Assembly: GCA_964016885.1 (NCBI GenBank)
Contig: OZ024764.1
Location: 27,776,001-27,840,000, forward strand
DNA: 64,000 nucleotides
Origin: Eledone cirrhosa
Lineage: Eukaryota
Reading direction: 5' to 3'
This document shows, piece by piece, positions 51,801 to 64,000 of this stretch; position 1 is the first letter of the stretch; each line of letters opens with the position of its first letter. The notes below the pieces were generated by a model, which saw only the letters and a list, made by a program, of their open reading frames with translations, had not been told where the DNA came from and did not search any database. A program made the translations under genes and the position numbers.

Positions 51801-53832
51801 GTCGTCCTAGATGTGTGTATTACCTGCTTGTGTGTTGTATGTGGTCCTAGATGTGTGTATTACCTGCTGGTGTGTTGTATGTGGTCCCAGATGTGTGGAT
51901 TACCTGTTTTTGTGTTGTATGTGGTCCCAAATGTGTGTGCTACCCGCTTCTGTGATTTGTTGTTTCTTCTTTCTCTCTTCCGAGAAACAATCCTGTATTT
52001 TTTTAATCTATTCCATCCGTTAAGTAATTAGCAGCAACAACAAACTGATTTTCAGTTGTAAAAAGAATCTTTAAACCTTCACCATTTACATTAACACATA
52101 CCATACGTTGTCCCAGCCACAAATAAACAGTAAAAAAAACTTACTTTGCGGTTAAATTCTTCACAATTAAAAGAAAAATATTTCTAACACGTTTCTAGAC
52201 AACACCAAGTTTACACCTTCAATATCCGGTAAAAGTAAAAACAAATTCTGGAGACATTTAACGAAACGAAACTATGTAAAGAAAAACGAAAATTAAACGA
52301 AGACAAATAGTAAATTTTAATTTTTATTAAATAAAATACCAGTAATTCACTGCAGTAGATTTAATCAACTTTACTCTCTCTGCACGAAAGAAGAAAAAAA
52401 TTCCTGACTTAGTGCTTAATATATAGAGAGGGGGAGAGTTTGGTGTTACTTCATATAGAGAGGGGTATTGGAAGAGAGTGCCGTGTAGTAGATATAGAGA
52501 GGGAGAGAGTGTGTGCTAATTGATATAAAGAGGGGGATTTGAACCCCCCCCCCCGCCTAGAAAAATTCTGAAATGCTTCGACCTCCCTGTACATATATAT
52601 ATATATATAGTATACACACACAGACATATATATAGTAAATAAATGTGTGTGTGTATCAGTGGTCCCCAAACTTTTCTGTTCCACACCCCTCCTCTAAAAT
52701 ATGTTTATGTTCCCCTTTAATATAAAAACAATCCGAGTATTCTGAAAGTATTATTACTGTAATATAAAGTAGAAACCCTTTATTTAAACAAAGCTACGAT
52801 GCAGCGATGATCAAAACAAACTTCTCGTAGGTGCTGCCAAGCGGGGAAAAGTGGATGTATAATGATGATGATATATATATATATGCCCCACCCTTGCAAA
52901 CAGGGAAAAGCAGACGTAAAATGAAAATGATGATATATATATAGATAGATAGATATGTATTTATACTTATACGTCATGGTGGCTACAGGTGCCAAGAGGA
53001 AGAAGCCGGTGAAATCCTCTGATATTTGTTTATCTTCCTTTCCTTTGTATATATATATATATATAGTATGTGTGTATGAAGATGTATGACCCCCTAGCAA
53101 GCCAAACTACAGTTACTCCCCAACATGGAGAGCAAATTAAAACATTACCTGTTAGAGAGGAACGTGAAATGAATTGTTAGTGAACTACCGGTGTAACAGT
53201 AATTATGTTACCGGTGTAACTATTTCTGTTTACCTTATTTTTAAATGACACTCCTATATTAGTTTAGTGACCTTTCAATTCAAATAAATTCTTGATGATG
53301 ATTGAACTCGCATCGGAGTAGCCCAACGCCTTGGCCTCCGCGTGTGTGAGCCACATAAATGCTCTCAACGACATAGTGAGAAGAAGCCTGGACGCAGCTG
53401 AATTTCCATCTCAACTGGAGCCAGCAGGCCTAGGCCGCGGAGATGGCAAGCACCGCGAGGGAATCACCCTCTTCCCATTCGAAGGAGGTAGATCCACAAA
53501 CCCCAGCATCGCTGCCCGTCTCGCAGATGAACATAAAATAAACAAATTCCGGTGTTTGTCCTGGAGCCTCTTCTAAGCACCAGCCGCCGTCGAGACCCCG
53601 GGCCAACTTGGACCCATTACAGCCGAGCTCCTCCGCAACATCGCAGTGTCTGTGGCCCGTCTGAGGATGGAGTCCCACGAGGTTGGATGCCTGTTGCAGC
53701 AGGTGTCACTGTCCTTACATATATATACGTAAATGTTCCCTTGACTGCTATTTCTAGCATATATTAATAGACACTTTAGAAACAGCAGCTAAAAATCAAG
53801 AAACAACAGTGTGTGTCTGTATATATATACAC

Positions 53833-53915
<83 letters not shown>

Positions 53916-53999
53916 AGCCAAAGACACGCACACACGAACATACACATACACACAGGTGTATGTCTGCGTGTATGTATATATATGTGTGTGTCTTTTCGT

Positions 54000-54056
<57 letters not shown>

Positions 54057-54673
54057 GTCAGTGATCCCCCTCGCAACCTTTAATTAAACAAACCTGCGAT
54101 GAGGCGATGATCAAAATAAACACCAAAGTATAAACAAACAGCCCATAGGTGCTGCCGGATACACGATAACATGTGTAGACGAAGTAAAACTTTTATTACT
54201 GTAATATAAAGTAGAAACCCTATATTTAAACAAAGCTGCGATGCAGCGATGATCAAAACAAACTTCAAATAACATGTGTATACGAAGTGTATCTGGAATC
54301 TTGGTCGTATTATATGACTTTCAAATTGACCCCTATTATATTCAAATTATCCCCTGTGGGGCGTGCACCCCACGTTGAGAATCCCTCATAAATAAAAATA
54401 TGTGAGTGTGTTGCTATGACTGCTATTTCTAGCAGGTTTACTGCAGTCTTGTAGACGCACAACAAAAACCGGAAGTGGCAGCCATTAAAAAACTTTGGCT
54501 TAAAATCAGCCAAAAGATTTTCAATAATAGTAAAATTTTATTTTTGACAAGGACGATAACTTTTGTCTTACTTAATCGCAAAAATCGAGGCAAAAATTTT
54601 GCGGGTGTGCAGTTTACACGCTAAAATAAACCCGCTAGAAATAGCAGTTATAGCAACTCACATATATTTATAT

Positions 54674-54707
<34 letters not shown>

Positions 54708-55118
54708 CCAAACACACACCCTTATATATGTACGTGTGTGTGTGTTGACCGCTATATATATATATAGCAGCCAAACACATACACAGACACACATATATAT
54801 ATATATACATGTGTGTGTATATGTGTGTGTCCTCCTCTCGTCTATGGCTGTTATTTTTACATTGTCCTTTTTGTTATTTTTCTCGGGATTTGCCCGGATT
54901 CGAACATGCGACCACCTATTTACAATATAGAATCTTTACAGCTTTACTGACTTTTAAGTAATCCAAGTTGTAACCCCGGATTTAGTAGTGTTTAATTTAT
55001 TTTGAAGTATTTTATTATTGGCCTTAGTTAGACGATCGTCCAAGACCATGCTGGGGCATATATATATATATGTATATATATGTGTGTGTGTGTGTGTATG
55101 CTGGGGCATATATATATA

Positions 55119-55172
<54 letters not shown>

Positions 55173-58100
55173 CTAGGGCATATATATATATGTGTGTGTG
55201 TGTATATATATATATATATGTGTGTGTGTCCTTTCTGTTATTCGCTGCTATTTCTAAAGTGTCAATATATATATCATATATATATATATATGATATATAA
55301 ATATATGTAAGTGAGTTGCTATGACTGCTATTTCTAGCAGGTTTATTTTTAGCGTGTAAACTGCACACCCTCAAAATTTTTGCCGCGATTTTTGCGATTA
55401 AGTAAGACAAAAGTTATCGTCCTTGTCAAAAATAAAATTTTACTATTATTGAAAATCTTTTGGCTGATTTTAAGCCAAAGTTTTTTAATGGCTGCCACTT
55501 CCGGTTTTTGTTGTGCGTCTACAGGACTGCAGTAAACCTGCTAGAAATAGCAGTCATAGCAACACACTCACATATATTTATTTATGAGGGATTCTCAACG
55601 TGGGGTGCACGCCCCACAGCGGATAATTTGAATATAATAGGGGTCAATTTGAAAGTCATATAATACGACCCAACTCCCTGTTACACTTCGTATACACATG
55701 TTATCGTGTATCTGGCAGCACCTGCGAGAAGTTTGTTTACATTTTGGGGTTTGCTTTGATGATCGCTGCATCGCAGCTTTGTTTAAATAAAGGGTTTCTA
55801 CTTTATATTACAGTAATAACACTTTTACAAGACTCGGATTGTTTTTATATTAAAGGGGACATGTTTTTTAAACTCTGAACTCAGCATCTTTCTGTTGTTC
55901 TCCGGGATTCTAGCAAAGTATAAAAATATATATATATAGCTGGCAGTCAACCTCAGACTCGAAAAAGCCGCCGCTAATCGTGATCGTTGGGGTTATAATT
56001 AGACTAAAAGTGCTTCCACTGGGCACCATTAGCTGATTGTGATCATTGGAGAATTCTTTCTGCGCTGAAAGAGCCTAGGACTAAAAGATATATATATAGA
56101 TGTCGAAACGGCAGTAGCACAGCCGTTGGGGTCCTGAATATTTTCACATCTATATATGTGTGTGTATTCTGCGACATTTATAATTACATAAGCAAGCATA
56201 TTTGAATAACAAAATTTGAGGTTTAAATACTTTATTTTTTACCAATAACATAGAGAAAGGCATGAACAACACCACGTGTTAATTACTTTAATATTGAAAG
56301 TAGGGTTATAAAGATTAAAAAAGCAGATTTTTTAATCTTTCATGGTGGTCTGGTGGGTGATACCAGAGATGGTGGTAGTCCTGGTTTCGGTTTCAATCCC
56401 GGTCATGGGTTACATATAAGGTCTCATTTTTTTTTTTCTTTCTTTCAGTTTTCTTCTTATCTCTAGATATAAATATATATACATAAGGTAATTTGGTAGA
56501 ATTGTTAGAACATCAGATAGAATTCTTTGCAGTATTTTTCCAGTTCTTTACTCTGAGTTCAACTTTACCTTTCTTCCATTCGGTGTCGATAAGTCTTGAA
56601 TATGTCTAACGTAGCAATAATTGGAGCTACTTAACCAAGTTTTCCCAACCTAGTCGATGTCACCTACTGGTTGGCGATTTAAACTGTTGGCTGGGACAAT
56701 GACCAACTAATCAGTCAGATTCGAACTCACTATGTCTGGCATATATTTTATATTTTATATTTGAATGACGTTCTGTAAGTAACCTGGTGGCTTAGATGGC
56801 AATACTGCTCGAATAGATGGCTTCTATTATGAAGTTATAAGTTCATTCCCTATCCAGGATTGTAGAATTAATTTTATTTAGTTATTATTTAATCAATTGT
56901 TTTAACAAACAAATTATATCTATAAAACGCCAAATATAGTGAGTTCAAATCTGACTGACATGCATGGTATATATTTATGTTTCATTATACAACGACACAA
57001 TACACAGGAACTTATAAAGATATGTATATATTGTCCAGGAGTTTCGAGTTTAGTGGGAATTGGTACAACTCTCAATTGGAGCTAGTTCCTGCAAGATCAG
57101 CATAAATAATGTTATACCTTTTCATGAAATCTTGCACACCCGATGTTTTATACATGATTATTTAAAGGTGAACAAAAACCAAAGAACATTGTGCAGCATT
57201 TCTCAACCTTTCTACCCATGTCGATCTCTTGAAATAGTTTTTATGTCTCAGGGATGCCCTGCATAAAATATACTTTTTCTATCTCTAGAGCAGTGGTTCC
57301 CAAATCGTGTGCTGCGAGATGAAACAAGATGAGCTGCAAAAGACTAAGATTAAGTTTTAAGATGTGAAAAATATAAAACTGAAATTTCATATAAAAGTTC
57401 AAATATAGCTACAGCCACAAACCTAGGCTCCACACCCCGCAATGCAAAGGATAGTAAGATAGTACCAAGGCCTGACTCACCTCTTCCACTCCATTGAGAC
57501 CTCTGCCATACTTGGTCCCTGTACTGCTGATTTCCTCCATAAAGTCGGGAGGAAAGACGACAGGAGCCTCATGAGGAGGGGCGACTATTGTAGCAGGTGT
57601 CTCTGGCCTTGCTCCGAGGTAACGCTTTTACGTTTCTTCCACAGGTTGCGGCTGAGGGACCACTTAGACTGGGGTGAAGTGTCTGTCCCTCCCCCGACTT
57701 CTTACTTCTTTTTTTTTCTCATTTTCATTTTCTTTTCTCTTCTTGCTTATCTCTGCTATACCACGGCATCAAAAACATATATGATATGTGTATGTATGGT
57801 ATAGGTGTATTTATATTTAGGATAGTTATCAAAGGTAAATAGACTGGTTGAAGCAATAACAGTCTTGTTTATGTATATACACACATATATATATATATAT
57901 ATATATCTGTTTGTTCTTGTATTTCCATAGAAAAGGTAAAGAAAAGAAGAATGCTCTATGTATTGTACAGAGCTATTTAATTACATAATAAACAACAGAA
58001 TATAATTATTCCATGCAAATAGACTTAGACTGGAAAACATTCAGACAGAGAAGAATGGATAATGAGCGTCGTAAGAGAAATTGGCCAACAATTAATATTA

Positions 58101-58284
58101 ATGGAAATGTAGAAGGATTTCATATTAGTGATATGAATGTTTTGTGTGATCACTGTGGAGCTTTGAAATTTAGAAATGAAAATTGTAACTGTTGTAATAA
58201 AGGAAAGGTTGTGTTGCCACCATTGCAAATATACCCTGAGAGACTGAGAAATCTCTTTGAAAGAGATTTCTCAGTCTCTCAGGG

Positions 58285-58908
58285 TATATATTCCCGCCGT
58301 TGAAATAAAAATTTTAATAGAAAAACGGCGGGAATATATGTTACAACCCAATCTATATATATTTAGGTTGTAACATATATTCCCGCCGTTGAAATAAAAA
58401 TTTTAATAGAAAAACGGCGGGAATATATGTTACAGCCCAATCTATATATATTTGGGTTTTAACATATATTCCCGCCGTTGAAATAAACATTTTAATAGAA
58501 AAACGGCGGGAATATATGTTACAACCCAATCTACATATATTTGGGTTGTAACATATATTCCCGCCGTTGAAATAAAAATTTTAACATAAAAACGGCGGGA
58601 ATATATATTACAACCCAAACATATATAGGTTGGGTTGTAACATATATTCCCGCCGTTTTTCTATTAAAATTTTTATTTCAACGGCGGGAATATATGTTAC
58701 AACCCCAAAATATGTAGCTTGGATTGTAACATATATTCCCGCCGTTTTTCTATTAAAATTTTTATTTCAACGGCGGGAATATATGTTACAACTCAAATAT
58801 ATATAGATTGGGTTGTAACATATATTCCCGCCGTTTTTCTATTAAAATTTTTATTTCACCGGCAGGAATATGTTACAACCCAAATATATATATATTGAGT
58901 TGTAACAT
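58285..58908. mobile_element. Made1-like MITE array, copy 3 (4+3 units)
   Basis: Same unit and junctions, with two fewer forward units. Confidence 0.75.
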
Positions 58909-60367
58909 GGGTTACATATAAGGTCTCATTTTTTTTCTTTTCTTTCTTTCAGTTTTCTTCTTATCTCTAGATATAAATATATATACATAAGGTAACTTGG
59001 TAGAATTGTTAGAACATCAGATAGAATTCTTTGCAGTATTTTTCCAGTTCTTTACTCTGAGTTCAACTTTACCTTTCTTCCATTCAGTGTCGATAAGTCT
59101 TGAATATGTCTAACGTAGCAATAACTGGAGCTACTTAACCAAGTTTTCCCAACCTAGTCGATGTCACCTACTGGTTGGCGATTTAAACTGTTGGCTGCGA
59201 CAATGACCAACTAATCAGTCAGATTCGAACTCACTATGTCTGGCATATATTTTATATTTTATATTTGAATGAAGTTCTGTAAGTAACCTGGTGGCTTAGA
59301 TGGCAATACTGCTCGAATAGATGGCTTCTAGTTCATTCCCTATCCAGGATTGTAGAATTAATTTTATTTAGTTATTATTTAATCAATTGTTTTAACAAAC
59401 AAATTATATCTATAAAACGCCAAATATAGTGAGTTCAAATCTGACTGACATGCATGGTATATATTTATGTTTCATTATACAGCGACACAATACACAGGAA
59501 CTTATAAAGATATGTATATATTGTCCAGGAGTTTCGAGTTTAGTGGGAATTGGTACAACTCTCAGTTGGAGCTAGTCCCTGCAAGATCAGCATAAATAAT
59601 GTTATACCTTTTCATGAAATCTTGCACACCCGATATTTTATACATGATTATTTAAAGGTGAACAAAAACCAAAGAACATTGTGCAGCATTCTCAACCTTT
59701 CTACCCATGTCGATCTCTTGAAATAGTTTTTATGTCTCAGGGAAGCCCTGCATAAAATATACTTTTTCTATCTCTAGAGCAGTGGTTCCCAAATCGTGTG
59801 CTGAGAGATGAAACAAGATGAGCTGCAAAAGACTAAGATTAAGTTTTATGATGTGAAAAATATAAAACTGAAATTTCATATAAAAGTTCAAATATAGCTA
59901 CAGCCACAAACCTAGGCTCCACACCCCGCAATGCAGAGGATAGTAAGATAGTACCAAGGCCTGACTCACCTCTTCCACTCCATTGAGACCTCTGCCATAC
60001 TTGGTCCCTGTACTGCTGATTTCCTCCATAAAGTCGGGAGGAAAGACGACAGGAGCTTCATGAGGAGGGGCGACTATTGTAGCAGGTGTCTCTGGCCTTG
60101 CTCTGAGGTAACGCTTTTACGTTTCTTCCACAGGTTGCGGCTGAGGGACCACTTAGACTGGGGTGAAGTGTCTGTCCCTCCCCCGACTTCTTACTTCTTT
60201 TTTTTTCTCATTTTCATTTTCTTTTCTCTTCTTGCTTATCTCTGCTATACCACGGCATCAAAAACATATATGATATATGTATGTATGGTATAGGTGTATT
60301 TATATTTAGGATAGTTATCAAAGGTAAATAGACTGGTTGGAGCAATAACAGTCTTGTTTATGTATGT

Positions 60368-60412
<45 letters not shown>

Positions 60413-60513
60413 TGTTCTTGTATTTCCATAGAAAAGGTAAAGAAAAGAAGAATGCTCTATGTATTGTACAGAGCTATTTAATTACATAATAAACAACAGA
60501 ATATAATTATTCC

Positions 60514-63500
60514 ATGCAAATAGACTTAGAATGGAAAACATTCAGACAGAGAAGAATGGATAATGAGCGTCGTAAGAGAAATTGGCCAACAATTAATATT
60601 AATGGAAATGTAGAAGAATTTCATATTAGTGATATGAATGTTTCGTGTGATCACTGTGGAGCTTTGAAATTTAGAAATGAAAATTGTAACTGTTGTAATA
60701 AAGGAAAGGTAGTGTTGCCACCATTGCAAATATACCCTGAGAGACTGAGAAATCTCTTTGAAAGAGGCCAGGAAGCAGTTGATTTCACAGAAACATCTGC
60801 AATTAAAACTACATTTATTTCACTTCATTTGGTGTTACCACCCGGCAGAGGCCCGTATAGATTTCATATTCAGGGTCAAACATATCAATACACACCCATC
60901 TCTGTAACCTGCAGAAAATACACCACAATATGGCCAGTTATATATTATTGATGGGAACGAAGGTGTGTAGCACAGATTGGAAGTACAACCAAATAATTGT
61001 TTCTGGCACAAGGCCAGCAATTACTGGTACTTTATTCTATCGACCTCATAAGGATGAAAACAAAGTCAACCTTAGAGGGATTTGAACCCAGAACGTAAAG
61101 GGCCATAACCCTATGCTGCAAAGCATGGTGTCTGACGCTCTACCGATACTGCCAATCCACTGCCCTAGTCCCAACAAATAATGACTGCTCACCACAAAAA
61201 ATGGCTATGATAAGAGAGGTGTTGCATGAATATAATCCATATGTCGAAGTGTACAATACAATGCATGGCATCACAAATGAATATATATATATATACTACT
61301 AAAGTGTATGTAAAATTTTAAAATAAATACTTAAATTCAATTTGTATAATTACACATACAATATGTTTTGTTGTAAAACCCTAAATAATGATTTAAGAAA
61401 TGATGTCAATCTCTTTGTACAGAGAAAAACAATTTATATATATGCATCGTGTGCGCGTGTATACTCCATTTAAGACAGCGAAAAACCTAGTACCTCCTTC
61501 AAAGAATGCCAAATAGTTTATGCCTAAGGTGTAACACTAATTAAGTTACTGGTATAGATATTTCAGTTGAACCCTGCTTCAAACATGCATATTATTATTA
61601 TATATTTTCAAACACACTTACATACATTATATTTATACACATAGAAATGTTAAAACTAAAGTATAATGATATAACAACAGTATATAATAGTTTTCTTCAC
61701 TTTATTGAGATGCAATCGTTTTAAAGAAAAAACATGACAGTATAAGAAATATTTAATATGATAACATAATATTTCAGGTAGGATGGTGGTTTCTCTTTGA
61801 ACTAATAATTGTTTCTACTTTAGGCACAAGGCCAGCAATTAACCAGTACATTACTGGTACTTTATTTTATCGACCCCGTAAGGATGAAAGGCAAAGTTAA
61901 CCTCGGATCGTAAAGGGACGTAACTATGCTGGAAAGCATGGCGTCAGACCCTCTACCGATACTGCCAATTCACCATACAGTATAATTATACAAATATGCA
62001 TATAGATAGCAATATATATACACTAATATGTATGTACATATTTATACATATATACATATATATAGGGAGAGAGAGAGACACATGTATGTATATATATATA
62101 CACATGCGTGTATGTATGTGTTTATGTACATTCTTCGGTATATATATATGAGTCACGGTTTATTACACATTGGAGACACAGAGAGAAAGAGTTGAAACGA
62201 GAGGTGAGAGAGTTGAAACAAGAGAGGAGAGAGTTGAAACGAGAAAAGAGAGAGAGAGTTGAAACGAGAGGAGAGAGAGAGAGAGTTGTAACGAGAGGAG
62301 AGAGAGAGAGAGAGTTGAAACGAGAGGAGAGAGAGTTGAAACGAGGAGAGAGTTGAAACAAGAGGGTGAGGGGAGAGAGGGGAGAGAGTGATGAAACGAG
62401 TCGGAGATAGAGTGTGAAAGAGAGAGAGAGAGGAAGAGAGAGAGAGAGAGGAAGAGAGAGAGAGAGGAAGAGAGAGAGAGAAAGAGAGAGAGAGAGGAAG
62501 AGAGAGAGAGGAAGAGGGAGAGGGGGGATGAAACAAGAGGGTGAGGGATGAAACAAGAGACAGAGGGGAGAGAAAGAGAGAGGGGAGAGAAAGAGAGAGG
62601 GGAGAGAAAGAGAGAGAGAGAGAGAGAGAACGAATTGAAACAAGAGAGAGATGAAACAAGTGAGGGATTAGAGTGTTGAAACAAGAGAGAGAGGAAGAGA
62701 GAGAGAGAGCAAGATGGAACGAGAGAGAGAGAGCGAGATGAAATGAGAGCGAGATGAAACGAGAGAGAGAGAGAGTGAGATGAAATGAGAGAGAGAGAGA
62801 GCGAGATGAAACGAGAGAGAGAGAGAGAGAGAGAGAGCGAGATGAAATGAGACAGAGAGAGCGAGATGAAACGAAAGAGAGAGAGAGCGAGATGAAATGA
62901 GAGAGTGAGTGCGAGATGAAATGAGAGAGAGTGAGAGCGACATGAAATGAGAGAGAGAGAGCGAGATGAAACGAGAGAGAGAGAGAGCGAGATGAAATGA
63001 GAGAGAGTCAGAGCGAGATGAAATGAGAGAGTGAGAGCGAGATGAAATGAGAGAGAGAGAGCGAGATGAAATGAGAGAGAGTGAGAGCGAGATGAAATGA
63101 GAGAGAGAGAGCGAGATGAAATGAGAGAGAGAGGAAACGAGACTAGAGAGCGAGATGAAACAGGAGAGAGAGAGCGAGATGAAACAGGAGAGAGAGAGCG
63201 AGATGAAACGAGAGGGAGAGAGAGATGAAATGAGAGAGCGAGAGAGAGATAGAGGGAGATGAAACGACAGAGAGAGAGACAGATGAAACGAGAGAGAGAA
63301 ATAGAGATGAAACGAGAGAGAGTGATGAAACGAGAGAGAGGAAGAGAGAGATGGAACGAGAGAGAGGAAGAGAGAGATGGAACGAGAGAGAGGAAGACAG
63401 AGATGAAATGAGAGAGAGGAAGACAGAGATGAAACGAGAGAGAGAGAGAGCGAGATGAAACGAGAGAGAGGGAGCGCGAGATGAAACTCTGTCATGTAAT

Positions 63501-64000
63501 GTTATGGACATATCTGCCCCTGGGGCTAATAATTGTCATGTAATGTTATGGTCATCTCTGCCCCTGTGGTTAATAATTCTGTCATGTAATGTTATGGTCA
63601 TGTCTGCACCTGTGGCTAATAAATCTGTCATGTAATGTTATGGTCATCTCTGCCCCTGTGGCTAATAATTCTGTCATGTAATGTTATGGACATCTCTGCC
63701 CCTGTGGCTAATAATTCTGACATGTAATGTTATGGACATCTCTGCCCCGGTGGCTAATAATTCTGACATGTAATGTTATGGACATCTCTGCCCCTGTGGC
63801 TAATAATTCTGACATGTAATGTTATGGACATTGCTATCTTGTTTCATCTCAAACAGCAAAGTGCAAGAAGAGAAAATTGTCGTGTACAGAACTGTGAATT
63901 AAGATTTAGAAGAGGATCAGATATGAGCTGCTCTAATTTACCAACTAGTAATGATAGCTGTTGTTTTGTGGGGGATTGAGGGCACACCACCTGTACAAAG
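60514..64000 (+). pseudogene. Degenerate Helitron RepHel, copy H8, split by the same insert (61274-63848); runs off the window end
   Basis: Duplicate of H6 at an offset of ~15.04 kb. Confidence 0.9.

Larger units (their letters stand above)
30796..64000 (+). repeat. Large tandem segmental duplication: ~18.0-kb unit (30796-48811), ~15.04-kb unit (48812-63850), and the start of a third
   Basis: Offsets 35418 to 53331 and 39155 to 57060 (~17.9 kb); 45023 to 60060 and 48734 to 63773 (~15.04 kb). The difference matches the extra 2.69-kb copy plus two 89-bp units. Confidence 0.95.

Overview
Non-genic, repeat-dominated eukaryotic DNA, most likely from an octopod cephalopod; this is inferred from OK/OR-type tRNA-SINEs, an RTE LINE with a (GAT)n tail and a TTAACCCTTTAGCATT MITE, recognised from memory rather than by search. 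I found no intact protein-coding gene. Positions 1-12766 are a composite satellite in which GA-rich blocks alternate with arrays of a 46-bp unit; an ~8-kb central part is inverted. The rest is a nested tandem amplification (periods ~2.69, ~6.92 and ~15-18 kb) of a cassette built from a dead, internally deleted Helitron RepHel, three different CRE-type retrotransposon 3' fragments, SINEs, hAT/piggyBac-like MITEs and minisatellites. There is also one 5'-truncated RTE LINE. The most notable observations are: (i) a single monomer of the same composite satellite sits in a 2.57-kb insert that splits the Helitron; (ii) a tandem array of a 78-bp Made1-like mariner MITE is joined to the Helitron by a perfect snap-back palindrome; (iii) junctions repeatedly show fold-back or microhomology signatures, and one duplication has a mappable unequal-crossover point. 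Coordinates were read by eye and can be off by a few to tens of bases.
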